From positions 10,046,001 through 10,110,000 of the forward strand of contig CM075988.1 of assembly GCA_038087875.1 (NCBI GenBank): a stretch of DNA of 64,000 bases, written 5' to 3'. Below the pieces are notes generated by a model. That model was not told where the DNA came from. It did not search any database and saw only the letters and a list, made by a program, of their open reading frames with translations. A program made the position numbers and the translations under genes. Positions 26,760 to 39,227 of this stretch are shown here, in pieces; the first letter of the stretch is position 1, and each line of letters begins with the position of its first letter. The DNA is from Malacoraja senta. Its lineage: Eukaryota.

Positions 26760-27049
26760 GGCAGCACAGTGGCGCAGCGGTAGAGTTGCTGCCTTACAGT
26801 GCCAGAGACCTGGGTTTGATCCTAACTACGGGTACTTGTCTGTATGGAGCATGTACATTTTCCCCGTGACCTGTATGGGTTTTCTCCATGATCTCCAGTT
26901 ACTCCCACACTCCAAAGTTGTACAGGTCTGTTGGCTAATTGGTTTGGTATAATTGTAAATTGTCCCTAGCGTGGGTGCGCAGGAATCACTAGTTGGCACG
27001 AACTCGGTGGGCCAAAAGGCCTGTTTCCACGCTGCATCTCTAAACTAAA
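26760..27049 (+). mobile_element. V-SINE (HE1-like), full length
   Basis: tRNA-like head, V-domain and CTCTAAACTAAA tail. Confidence 0.85.
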
Positions 27050-27050
27050 G

Positions 27051-27557
27051 AAGAGTTTGAAAAAAAATGACATGTTGAAGATCTCCTTCGACTATGTAGA
27101 AGACCTCCTTCGACCTCCTTCGACTATGTTGAAGACCAGCTTTGACTAGCTTCAACTAACTTGTGACTAACCGAATAGTGAAGAGTGAAGACGACCTCCT
27201 TCGATCTCCTTCGATCGCCCTTCGACTATGATGAAGACTATCTACGACTACCTTCGACTACCCTCGATTACCTACGACTAACATGCCGACCTACTACGAC
27301 CTACTATGACTAAACCTACAAGTAAAAAAAGTATCCATTTTTTCCATGGCGACCTGTTTTTACTCGCGGGCATTTTTTAACATATTGAAAAAAAACGCTG
27401 CGACCTAGCTGAGGCCTCAAGTACGCGGAAACCACTCTCGAGCATGAAGGAGAGTTACGAAGACCTCCTACTACCTCGTGTCGACCATGCTGCGAGTCTG
27501 AGTCGAGGGCAAACTCGCCAGAACTCGCGGAATAGGTCGCCCAAGTGGGGCAGGCCC
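27051..27557. mobile_element. One-ended Harbinger-type MITE with internal CTACGA/CTTCGA tandem repeats
   Basis: Ends CCAAGTGGGGCAGGCCC followed by TAA, matching the right TIR of the MITE at 31833-32404. The left TIR is absent. Confidence 0.7.
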
Positions 27558-29149
27558 TAAAAATTCTAAAAACTGTATTCAAAGGAATGTAATAGTCAGT
27601 CTTGGCATCATGTTCAGCATATTGTGTGCTGAAAGACCTGTTCTTATGCTGTACTGTTCTAAATTATATGTTCTATGTAATATTGGAGCTGAGTTGTAGA
27701 TTTTATCACTGGGATGTGATGAGGAACAAGTACCTTACTGCGTGTAGCTGATTAACAGGCGGTATTGTGCTTTAATTTGTTGGCAAAGGTTCCACTTGCA
27801 AAGGGCATGTGATCATGCCACTATAAAGAAGGTGACACTGTTGTGTGCTGCGGGCTACCATTTGGACTCACCTGTGTTTATATCAAAGTGAGCTGGCACC
27901 TTAGTTGCAAGCTGTTTCTTTTAGATCCTCTTTGCAGCTTCTCATTCACCACATTCCCTTCTTTATTTCAGCAGGGAAGATACCTAAGCTGCCTCTATGG
28001 AAACCAGCATTTGGTCACTAACCATTTCCTTTAGCTGCCTCAGGAACCTTGATGCAAAGCAATTAATTTCCGTCTAAGCATATCACTCAAGATAGGAGAA
28101 GGAAACATTTTCTCTGGGCAATATGTATTATTAATATTCTAAATATCAGTGCTATTTTCTTGCAGAAATCTGCACAGGTTACTGCATTAATAAAATAGAT
28201 CTTCCCATTAATTATGACAGAATGGATTTTGCAGTGAAGATTGTACATGTTTGCATGACCTATATCTCTTGACCCTTCTATGGATTTTTCTGCAACTACA
28301 ACGGCAATTAGCTTTCGTCAAGAAGTTGTCATTTTGCTTGTCTGATCTCTGGCAGGGGTGCTGTTGGAGGCAGATATGATAGTGGTGTTTAAGAGGGTTT
28401 TAGGTAGGCACATGGAGATACAGGGAATGGAAGGACATGGATCATGTGCAGGCAGATGAGGTTAATTTATCTCGGCTTCATGTTCGGCACAGGCATTGTG
28501 GGCTGAAGGGCCTGTTCCTGTGTTGTTCTGTTCTATGTTCTATCTATTTTTACTAACGATTTGGTTATCTGCCTTTTTATTTCCATGTGGCTCAATAAGT
28601 TGTTTTATGATACAAAATATTCCCTTTAAATGCATTTTGTAGTTGTAGAAAATCTCAATATTTGCTCATCGGAGATTGGCAGATTCTGGATCAGTACGGG
28701 TGGCAGGGGTTATGGGGAGAAGGCAGGGTGATGGGGTTGAGAAGGAAAGATTGAATGGCAGAGTAGACGATGGGCCACAAACTGTATAACTTATGAACTT
28801 ATCTTTACTTAAAATGGCATACGTTATGGGTCTATTAAGTATTGTTCATATTGGTTGCTAAACTTGCTACTTGTAGATAACAATTGAGATCCTTGAAGCA
28901 GGGGGAGACATTTTGTTGATGGCACTTCTGGAATTTTAAGCATCGCCCATTTTTTATCCATAGCAGCCCAAGGACACAAAATGGAATTCGAGGTACAACA
29001 TTCCTAACAGGAAATGTATAGGATGCCAATCTGTTTTGGGCATTTGACGCATCGACATCAGACATAATGAGCAGAACTATCTTGACATGAATCAGTAAAT
29101 ACCATTGATTTGAAGACACGATGGTCAGTCCCAGAGTCAACCCCAGATA

Positions 29150-29445
29150 TTACCCACACCACCCTGGCCAAACACTCATTTCCCTCCTGCCATCGGGAAG
29201 ATGATATAGGAGCCTGAAAACTGTCACATCCAGGTTTAGAAACAGCTTCTTCACTACGACCATCAAGCTATTAAACACTACAACCTCCAAATAAGCTCTG
29301 AAATACATAAACGTGGGGGGCATTGGTTTTGTATTTTTGCGCTATTATTATTTGTTTGTTTGTTTGTTTTATGTATATATGTATGCATGAATGTATGTAT
29401 ATATGTACACACACACACACACATATATACATATACATATATGTA
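29150..29445 (+). mobile_element. Rex1-type 3' fragment ending in TTTG/TA/CA microsatellite
   Basis: HPGQTLISLLPSGR*YRSLK...RFRNSFF, homologous to 14530-14670. Confidence 0.75.
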
Positions 29446-30909
29446 TTTGTCATCAGAACTGAATCTGAATGTGGGTTGAAGTGAGACCTTGCAGAACCGG
29501 ACATGCTGGAGGAGGTAGGAGGAGGAGACGGAGGGGAGCAGAGCTCTCAACATGAAGGTTAATTACCGAGATGTTTTTGGAGCAATTTTTTTTCTGCAAC
29601 TACAATGTTCATGAGTTGGCTTCAGTTCAATAAAAGAGGTTGTTTATGAAACGGACCAAATACAGCATCAAGCTGGTTTTGCTTGTGGTTGTCAGGTTAA
29701 CCATCATCCTTAATTATTTTAAGCCTCTGGCACTGTTCAGACCACTGGTGGAGACACAAGCAGCATCTCTCAGTTAATAGCGCAGAGCCATATGAACGAG
29801 ATCCCTGCGGCCTCGCATATCTCATTCCTTCTTGCAGAGACCAACAGATGGAGTAAGATTGAGCATTTAGTTGAATTGCAGACTTCCCCACTGGTGCAGA
29901 ATGGTGAAGTGTTGCTTGCACCTGATTGAACTTGGCCTTGCTGCTCAACAGATGTGCACTCCAGTGCCTCTGGAGTACTGCCTCGCCATGCAGGAGAGGT
30001 TCTGATAACCTGCCAGAAGTCACAATTCCTTCATTCTGTAGCAAGCCTCTTTCATAGTTGTATTTATGTGGCAATTGAAGGGATTAAACTGGTTGTGAGA
30101 GGTTTTACTTGAATAATATAACTCATTAGTATGGTGTCAAGTAATGGGGAGAAGGCAGGGGAATGGGGTTGAGAAGGAAAGATAGATCAGCCATGATTGA
30201 ATGGCGGGTACACTTGATGGGCCGAATGGCCTAATTTTGCTCCTATGACCTATTACCACCAGCCTCACAGCAGTGCAAGTACCCGGTAGATTTACAATGA
30301 GAGCAACGTAAAACTATTCGAGGATCTCAGAGAGTCAGGCAGCATCTGTGGAGAGAAATGGATACATTATGTTGTATCTGCAGGCTCCTGCGTCTCCACA
30401 ATGCAAATAGTTCCACAAATGCTCCCATTGTAGGAGCACTTCACAGTGAAGGCTGGCACAGTGGCATTTTTGGTAGAGCTGCTCTCTCACAGACCAAGAG
30501 ACACGGGTTCAATCCTGACCTCCGGTGTTGTCGGGATGCAGTTTGCCCATTCTCCCAGAGTGGGTTTCCTCCGGGTGTTTAGGTTTGTCAGTTAATTGAC
30601 CTCTGTAAAATGCCCCTAGCGTGTAGGGAGTGAATGGGAAAGTGAGATCATATATTATGAGATGATATAGGGCGGCGCAGTGGCGCAGCAGTCGAGTTGC
30701 TGTCATGCAGCGGCGGAGACACGGGTTCAACCCTGACCACAGGTGCTGTCTGTACAGACTTTGTACGTTCTCGCTGTGACCGCATGGGTTTTCTCCGGAT
30801 GTTCCTTTTCACTCCCATACTCCAATGACTTACAGGTTTGTAGGGATCAGGGTAAGTGGAGATATGACTCTCTACATCAACATCTATATATCATTTCCCT
30901 TATCCCTAA

Positions 30910-31229
30910 AAGCCCTGTCCCACGGTACGAGTTCATTCCAGCAGCTCTCCCGAGTTTAAAAAAAATCAAACTCATGGTAAGCATGGAGAATGAACGTAGC
31001 GGGTACGTCGGAGCTCGGGGAGGTCTCTTAGCGCTAACGGCAGGTACTCGGGAACACTCGCTAACGGCAGGTAAGCACTGGAAGACTCGTGAAGATTTTT
31101 CAACATGATGAAAAATGTCCACGAGAGCCCCGAGTACCGACGAGTGGCCATTACCGTAAATCTCCGAGTTCGAATCAGGGCAAACTCGGGAGAACTCTTG
31201 GAATTAACACGTACCGTGGGACGGGGCTT
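30910..31229. mobile_element. PIF/Harbinger-type MITE
   Basis: TIRs AAGCCCTGTCCCACGGTACG / CGTACCGTGGGACGGGGCTT, with TAA duplicated at 30907-30909 and 31230-31232. Splits a Penelope-like tail (CCTTATCCCTAA^CCAGTCTGAAGAAGGG). Confidence 0.85.
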
Positions 31230-31237
31230 TAACCAGT

Positions 31238-31265
31238 CTGAAGAAGGGTCTCGACCTGAAACGTC
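31238..31265 (+). ncRNA. Minimal hammerhead ribozyme motif
   Basis: CTGAAGA-AGGGTCTCGACCT-GAAA-CGTC. Confidence 0.65.
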
Positions 31266-31832
31266 ACCCGTTCCCTCTCTTCAGAGCTGCTACTTGTCCT
31301 GCTGAGTTACTCCAGCTTTTTGTGTCTATCTACAGCTTATCATATGGTCTGATTATTTATTTTGTGGATTAATGTAAAATCCATCACATTTGACTCTTGC
31401 TGTGAACAATTCCTTCTGTAGCACTTTCATTTAAAAGTTTGTTATCAAAAGTTAATTTATCGGCACCACCTGACAGCAGGGATATAACCATAACTTGTAT
31501 GTGTGGAGCACACAAAGATGCTTGCACTGTATCTGACCCTTTTAATGTCGGGTTTCTTTCAGTTAAAAGTGTTCTTGCTGTGGGCCTGGTTACACTGGGG
31601 AAATAAACAAAAACACCACCAAATGCAAACTGAAATTCAAAAGAAAATTAAACTGTTAAATAATACAGTACATGCAAATATTTGGTTGCCTCTAAGGCAT
31701 CAGAAAGCGAGTTGCAAAGGAAGGAATGCGATCAGCCTGGTAGTAGATAGCAGGTCTGCATAAAATGGAGGCACCCTGAGGTGGTGCCTCAACTATTGCA
31801 GCTGTGATTTCCAGGAAAACCTTTTCAAGTAA

Positions 31833-32404
31833 AGGGCCTGTCCCACTTGGCCGTCATTTAAGCGACAGGCCGGTAGTGACTGACGCGCGAGTCATCATGC
31901 GTCCGCACAGCCGTCTGGAGCATGTGACGTCATTTGAAGATAGGCACAAAATGCAGGAGTAACTCAGCAGGACCGGCAGGATCTCTGGAGAGAAGGAATG
32001 GATGATGTTTCGGGTCGAGACTCTTCTTCAGTCTGAAGAAGGGTCTCGACCCGAAACGTCACCCATTGCTTCTCTCCAGAGATGCTGCCGGTCCCGCTGA
32101 GTTACTCCAGCATTTTGTGTCTTTCTCCAATCGTCTTGGCCCCGCTCTGGGAGTAGGAGTGGGGGCGGAGCCGTGAGCCCCAGGCCGAGCTCGGCGATCG
32201 TTTGCCTGCTTCTGCTGCTGTTGGAGGTGAGACGTTGCGCCGCGCCAGGGTCTTGGGCCGTCAGTTACGCGACAGGCCGGTGGCGCGCGAAGATTTTGTG
32301 CAGGACAAAATCCACTCCTCCCGTCCCGCGCTACCCATGCCCTACCCACACGCTAGCAGGTCACGTAAATGGCGCGCAAATGATGGCCAAGTGGGACAGG
32401 CCCA
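31833..32404. mobile_element. PIF/Harbinger-type MITE carrying a central ~197-bp palindrome
   Basis: TIRs GGGCCTGTCCCACTTGGCCGTCATTT / AAATGATGGCCAAGTGGGACAGGCCC, with TAA at 31830-31832 and 32405-32407. Confidence 0.85.
32033..32060 (+). ncRNA. Minimal type-I-like hammerhead ribozyme motif (best copy in the window)
   Basis: CUGAAGA-A-GGGUC-UC-GACCC-GAAA-CGUC: conserved core, perfect stem II, palindromic ACGU stem III, and a GUC cleavage triplet ending at 32060. Confidence 0.7.
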
Positions 32405-32577
32405 TAACACTCCTCCCGATTCCCACCCGCTGTGACATTCCAGCTGCTGAAACAGCGCTCCTCCCTGTTTAACAGCACTTGGAAAAGTTAATGGAAGTAG
32501 CAAGGAGAGCAGGATCAATGTCCATTAAAGAAAGTGGTAGCAGCAGCAATAATCAGCGAACTAAGTCCTGAAGGACG

Positions 32578-33415
32578 TTCATAAGTTCTAGATGCAGAAT
32601 TAGGCCATTCGGCCCATCGTCTACTCCACCCTTCAATCATGGCTGATCTATCTTTCCCTCTCAAACCCATTCCCCAGTCTTCGCCACCTAACTCCCGACA
32701 CCCTCACTAATCAAGAGAGGATTCTCCCGACGCCGGAGCACCATCACCCGGCGAGAACGGCCTGAAACATCGGCCCCCGTAGCGCCGACTGCGGAGGCCT
32801 CAATAAGGCCGACTATGGGTGAACATGGGATGGGGACTGGACATTGTGCCTTCCCTCATAATGGGAACCATTGTGGGGGGTGTTTTTTATGTTTATTGTT
32901 AAATTCTTTAATGTTGAGTCTTATCTTTATCTGTGTGCTGCATGGTAAGACAAATGTCACTACACCAATTGGTGTACAAATAAATGTCCTTTATCCTTTA
33001 TCCTTTATCTGACAATCTCCACCTTAAAAATATCCATCGAAGGCTTCCACAGAGTTCCACAGATTCACAAACCTCTGAGTGAATAAATTCTTCCTCATCT
33101 CCTTTCTAAAGGTACATTCTGTTATTCTGAGGCTATGGCCATTGGTCCTAGACTCTCCCACTGGTGGAAACATCCTCTCCACTCTATCCAGGCCTTTCAT
33201 TATTTAGTAAGTTTCAATGAGGTACCCCCTCATCCTTCTAAACTCAGGCAAGTACAGGCCCAGTACCGTCAAATGCTCATCATATGTTAATCCAATCATT
33301 CCTGGGATCATTCGAAAACCTCCTCTAGATGCTCTCCAAATGCCAGGACATCCGTCCTTGGATATGGGGCCCAAAACAGCTCACAATACTCCAAATGCTG
33401 TCTGACCAGTGCTTT
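32578..33415 (-). mobile_element. CR1 LINE 3' fragment interrupted at 32717-33010
   Basis: Reverse CR1 UTR (TAGGCCATTCGGCCCATC...) and coding remnant (GGTCCTAGACTCTCCCACTGGTGGAAACATCC). Confidence 0.8.
32717..33010 (+). mobile_element. 5'-truncated GC-rich retroelement with Rex-type tail (family copy C)
   Basis: 32718-32880 aligns by eye to 17777-17940, then ends CACTACACCAATTGGTGTACAAATAAATGT(CCTTTAT)n. Confidence 0.75.
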
Positions 33416-34141
33416 ATCAACATTATCAGTGCCTCTGCATTACATCCCTTTGTTACATGACATTGATTCCAGTCTGAGCATAGTAAGTCCATCAAGACGT
33501 CTCATCTTCGCCAATTGCAAATGTCAGCAATGGTCAGCAATGTCAGCAACAAGCTCCACTGGGTCGTTCATACTGCCACTGTATTTGATGGTTCGGTCTC
33601 AGATTGGAGCTGGCAGCTCAAAACAAGACATCCATTAGGGGCTGCAAACAATCAGAGGAGACAGAAATACTACTCACCACAAAATAAAACTTCAGTAGAA
33701 AATTTAGATCATCCACTGTTCCCCGGCAAATAATAAAGTGTTAACAATACTGCCACAAAGAGAGTCACCTAATGAAGAAATGCTGTCTAACTTTGAGAGT
33801 GATTACAATAAGATAGCCCTTACACTATAATAGGGCAGGAACTGAATCCGATAACAGCAGTGAGATGGAAAGATATAATGACCCTCTGATGGTCATAATG
33901 TACAGCGATAAACATAAGAGTATTCTTCTGAGTATTTGCTCAGGTTTAAATTCTATATTTAGGTTTAAAGGATATTACTGACATCTGGTAAGGAAAATAG
34001 AATGAATATAGCTCTTTACTGTTTGCATTCATTCTGGGTCATTTTTTTCTTGCTGTTGTCTGCTACAAATAGATTGCTTCTTGTTATTCTCTGCATAGAC
34101 TTGTGCAGAACCATTTAACCTGATCAAGGGCCTGAAGAATG

Positions 34142-34450
34142 GGGCAGCACGGAGGCGCAGCGGTAGAGTTGCTGCCTTACAGTGCCAGAGACACGAGTTC
34201 AACCCTGACTATGGGTGATGTCTGTACGGAGTTTGTACTTTACCCTTGTGACCGCGTGGGTTTTCTTCAGATGCTCCAGTTTCCTCCCACGTTCCAAACA
34301 CGTACAGGCTTCTAGGTTAATTGGCTTAGGTAAAATTGTAAATTGTCCCCATTGTGTAGGATAGAGCTAGTGTACGGGGATCGCTGGTCGGTATGGACAT
34401 GGTGGGCGAAGAGCCTGTTTCATGCTGTATCTCCAAAGTCAAAAGTCTAA
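34142..34450 (+). mobile_element. V-SINE (HE1-like), full length
   Basis: Head, V-domain and tail present. Confidence 0.85.
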
Positions 34451-35967
34451 GAAAAGTTCTTAATGCTGAAACGTTGCATATCCATTTCTTCCATAGATGC
34501 TTCCTGACCCACTGACCATTACTTAGAATTTTACTCTATTTAAACTATGTTTTCCAGGAAATTACTCACCAAATCTATCAGAGAATGGACACAGTCTGAT
34601 TGGCCATTTTGTTAAACATTTTGCTTAGGTCTATGTTTGGAACATGTCTATGAGACAAAACAGATCAAGGGAATTGTTAAAATGCTTTATTTTTAATTTT
34701 GTTTTGAACTTTGATTCAGGTTTCTCGAAGGTTCAACCAACTTCAGATAGCGACGATCATGTTATGTTTTTAAGGATCCATTCTTTGGTTTTCATTTCTT
34801 TTTTTTTAATACCTTTGGTATATCTAATCTTTATTAAATTGCTACCTGTGGGACCTCGCTGAGAGTCATTTGGGTGTTCCACTTCTTACATTATATTAAT
34901 CATCAGACTGTAGAAATACTTCATGGGTTGCAATGCACTGGGGAAAGTCAATGGATTGTGGAAGGTAGAGACACAATAACCTGCAGTTGCTGGAATCTTG
35001 AGCGAAACACAAGTGCTCGAGCAACTCAACAGGTCAGGCTGCATATGGAGGGAATCAATAGGCGGTATTTCGGGTCAGGTTCTTCAGATTGAATAGGGGG
35101 CCAGAATCCTAAATCGGAGGTGGGGTGAGACAATACCTGGTAAATTATAGGTTTATACAGGATAAGGGTTGGGGAGAATTGATTAGCAGATGATGGGCAT
35201 AGGCTAGAGATGAAATTGAGACAAAATGGTGTCAGATAAGGAGAGGAATGTAATGTAAAGCCAGAGAGAGTGATATAGATGGAAAGGAACAGTGAGGTGG
35301 GGAAAAGGGAGAAAGTGGGGCAGGATAATGGGAGAAATAGGTGTGCCCTAGGATGGGGAGGGAACAGGAAAGAGAGAGGGGGAGGAAGGTTATGTTCATA
35401 CTATTGGGTTGTAAACTAGCAAAGCAGATTGTGGAAGGTGATGCATAATTGGAACTTTCTTTCCAACTATGTTTTCTGCAAATCCAGAGTAATAGACATG
35501 TGGAAAATATTATTTTAAATGCAAAATCTCATCGCATAGAGGATAAGGAGTGTAATTTATAGGGATAAGGTCAAGCTGCCAGTCTGAAACTTTCTGTCAC
35601 AACAAACTGGTGCCCCATTTGAAATTTATTTAATCTCAGTATTGATTATAAGTATTTCAAAAACTCGTTGGTACAAAGCTGGTCAAATCTCTCTCTCGTT
35701 ACCATCTCCAAAACATTTGATCCGGGACAAAAAGACTTTTAGTGGGCAATTAAAGGATGCATTCCACATGAAGCAGTATGTGAAGCAATTTCCAACTGCA
35801 AACATTTCCCCGCATTGATCGGTAAGCTTCTTTAGATAGTTTTCATGAACCAATAATAACGATAAGTAGATAGCAATTTGACTATAACAAAAGTAGACCA
35901 TGATTTGTAAATCCAACACTGAGAAATACATTTTGATTGTCAGGTCAATATCATGTGTAAATAGTCA

Positions 35968-36272
35968 CCATGGCACAGCAGTAGAGTTGCTGCCTTACAG
36001 CGCTTGCAGCGCCAGAGGCCCGGGTTTAATCCCGACTACGGGTGCTGTCTGTCCGGAGTTTGTACGTTCTCCCCGTGACCGCGTGAGTTTTCTCCGAGAT
36101 TTTCGGTTTCCTCCCACATTTCAAAGACATACAGGTTTGTAGGTTAATTGGCTTGGTAAATGTAAAATAGTCCCTACTGTCCGTAGGATTGTGTTAATGC
36201 GTGGGGACCACTGGTCGGTGCGGACTCAGTGGGACGAATTGAACCTGTATCTCTAGACTAAATCTAAACTAA
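35968..36272 (+). mobile_element. V-SINE (HE1-like)
   Basis: Head with a CAGCGCTTGCAGCGCC variant, V-domain and CTAAATCTAAACTAA tail. Confidence 0.85.
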
Positions 36273-37737
36273 GTTGCACATTGATAGGGTGAAGACCTGC
36301 TGCCTAACCCATCGAGGTCCTCCAGCACTTCATTTTTGCTCAACTTTCACAACAACACTACTTTCATGCCAAAAGAAAACCACACAGAGCTATTTCTGGC
36401 CTCTGCCCTCAATATTTACCTGGAATAGACAGATTTGTGGCCTATATTAACATCATATTTGAAAGACAACATCAGCAGCAATGAATTGTCTATAATTCAG
36501 CAGAGGTCAAAACCCCCACTTAGAGAGGTCACAAGTCATGGATGGTGCTGGAAAAATTGCCCACTCTGGGGTTGGAACAACTCCTGGTTTAAATTTGATG
36601 CTCAGGAAACCTCATGAATAAAGCAACAGATACAAATCCTCACTACGCCCTCTCTGTGTATAACTCACTTGAATATATGCTCCCAATACTGGATGTCAAT
36701 TAGCTCCATGGATCAAACACTGAATTCCTCTCTTCCTCTAAGGTATCTAACAGCGAGGGCATAACACTGACTGTAATAATATCAAGAGCTGAATCGACAC
36801 AGGAATGTTTAAACTCAAAAAGGCTTTTACTAGCATCCTATTATACAAGGCTCAGCATGGGACATACACAACTGAGCAGACAAACCAGTACATAAATAGG
36901 AAACTCAAAAGGTAACACAAATGATAATGATGCACAGGTGAAAATACTTAAACATATTGAAGAAAGGACAACACAGTCAGTGCTACCCCCAGTTCTCAGC
37001 AGGCACAGTGATAAACCCGTCTTACCCACATTGGTCATTGTGCCATTGCTATTCATGGCACTCTTTTCAGTTTAAACCAGCATCTGCAGTCCTTCCTACA
37101 CATTCAGAATATTAGCTCAGTTGTGCTGTCAATCCCTAAGGAGGAGAGGGGATGGGGGAGTGGGTGGTTGGGATGAGGATGGGTGGAGGGGATGGGGGAA
37201 TGGGTGGAGGGGTTTGGGGGGTAGGTGAAGGGGATGGGGGAGTGGGTGGTTGTGGTGGAGGGGCTGGCGGAGAAGGTGTTTGGAGTTGAGGGGAGGTGTT
37301 TTCCTTCTGCGCTGCCTGCCATCTGCAAATAATCCCTTTTTTTCTACAATGATACCATTTATTCACAATTTTCTTCAATTATTTTCCTGATGGTGAGAAG
37401 GCTATTTTAACAGAAATGCAGAATCTGTAACCGTGTGTAGAACACAAAGTGCTGGAGTAACTTCATGGGTCTGGCAGCATCTTTGGAGGACATGGATAGA
37501 TAACGTTTTGGATCAGGACACATCTTTTGACTGATTGTAGTCGGGGTGAGAAAGCTGGAAAAGAGAGGTTAGGGAAGGATAAAGGTTTGCAAGTGATAGG
37601 TGGATACAGGTGAGGGTGTTTTGATTGGCAAAGGGGACGAAAGAGGGTGCAAGGAGACAAAAGAGTGTCAGGTAAGCAGAGAAGAGGAGTGAAAGGTAAA
37701 GCCGGAGTGAGAGATATGGGTGGAAGAGGACAGGGGG

Positions 37738-38220
37738 CAGGCACGGAAATCGCTATCAAAACATGCGAGGGACACAATTTCTTGGTTGCCGCGCGCGCAT
37801 GCACGCACACACACATACACACACACACACAAATGCGCGCACATGCGCACACATGCGAGGCTTCGGCCGTGGGCCCTGTGGACGGTAACATCGGGAGCTG
37901 ACCTGGTTGGTGACTGACTCCGAACTCCAGCAACGGCAGCTTCATCCGCCCCGAATCGTGGGGCTTCAATCGGCTTGTTCACGGGGTCTTTCATCGGCCA
38001 GCGGGGGCTTCAACATTGGGAGCTTCGATCGCCTCAATGCAGCAGTTTGATTTTAAGCCGCGCCGGGCGCTGAAAGGCCCCGCGAATGGGCCGATTCAGC
38101 CCTTAGAAAGCGTCTGATAAAGTCCGGATTACAAAACATGGGGGGGATTGTCCCCCACCTTTCAAAGCAGAGGGGGGAGGGGAATGTGTCCCCCTGTCTC
38201 CCCCAAGATTTCCGTCCCCG
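37738..38220. mobile_element. hAT-type MITE
   Basis: Imperfect 14-bp TIRs CAGGCACGGAAATC / GATTTCCGTCCCCG, with 8-bp flanks ACAGGGGG (37730-37737) and ACAGGCGG (38221-38228). Confidence 0.65.
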
Positions 38221-38599
38221 ACAGGCGGTGGGAGGCATGGAGAGTAGCAGTAGAGTTGCTGTCTTACAGCGCTTTCAGTGCCAGAGACCCGGGTTTGGGA
38301 GAGTGGGTGGCACAAATTACGTCTGTAGTTTATTGATGGCATTCAAACATCTCAATTAAATCACAGTCTTATTACTCACCACCAAACTAATCACAAATCT
38401 GCTCATGAACATTGATGTAACATTTTGTGATTCAAATAGAGGTTTCTCAAAGGTCAAGAGTTGGTTTACTTCTTCCTTTTGACTGAAAAATGCTCACTTC
38501 AAACATAAAATTGCAGGAAAAATCTGAAGTGATTATGTGGGCCTGAACAGCTGTATTGATACGATGCTATTAGACACCTGGAAGATAGCTGTGTTGATA

Positions 38600-38950
38600 C
38601 GTTCAAGAGTCAAGAGTATTTAATTGTCACATGTACAGACGATGAAACAATGAAATTCATACTTGCAGCAGCATAGCAGGCAGATAAAATATCATAATCA
38701 AAAACATGAATAAATTAATAACTCTAATGCCAGGGCAAAACAAAACCCCAGAGTCCTCAGTGCATCCAAAGACAGTCCACAGTGTTTAGTTGAGGATAGT
38801 GTAGTGTCGTGTTCAAGAGCCTGATAGTTGTTGGGAAGAAGCTATTCTTGAACTAGGTGGTTATGGTCTACAGTCTCCTATACCTTCCTTGCAATGGCAC
38901 AAGTAAAATGAGAGCGTGGCCAGGGTGATGTGGGTCTTTGGTGATACTGG
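38600..38950 (-). mobile_element. Rex1-type 3' fragment
   Basis: CAAGAGTCAAGAG tail and GGAAGAAGCTATTCTTGAAC...GTGGCCAGGGTGATGTGGGTCTTTG, homologous to 14350-14680. Confidence 0.75.
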
Positions 38951-39227
38951 TTTTGGTTTTATGGTTCAATAGACAATAGACAATAGTTTAGGTTCAGGTT
39001 TATTTTCAGTTTAGTTTTAGTTTTAGAGATACAGCGTGGAAACAGGCCCTTCGGCCCACCGAGTCCGTGCCGACCAGTGATCCCCACACACTAGCACTAT
39101 CCTACACACACTAGGGATGATTCACAATTAAACCAAGCCAATTAACCTACAAAGTTGTATGTCTTTGGAGTATGGGAGGAAATCAAGCACCCGGAGCAAA
39201 TCCAAGCAGGTCACGGGGAGATCGTAC

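Noticed and set aside
29697..30074. 125-aa ORF in unique sequence (likewise 28835-29140, 35683-35931, 59636-60180)
   Set aside because: No recognisable homology or convincing splice signals, and lengths are compatible with chance.
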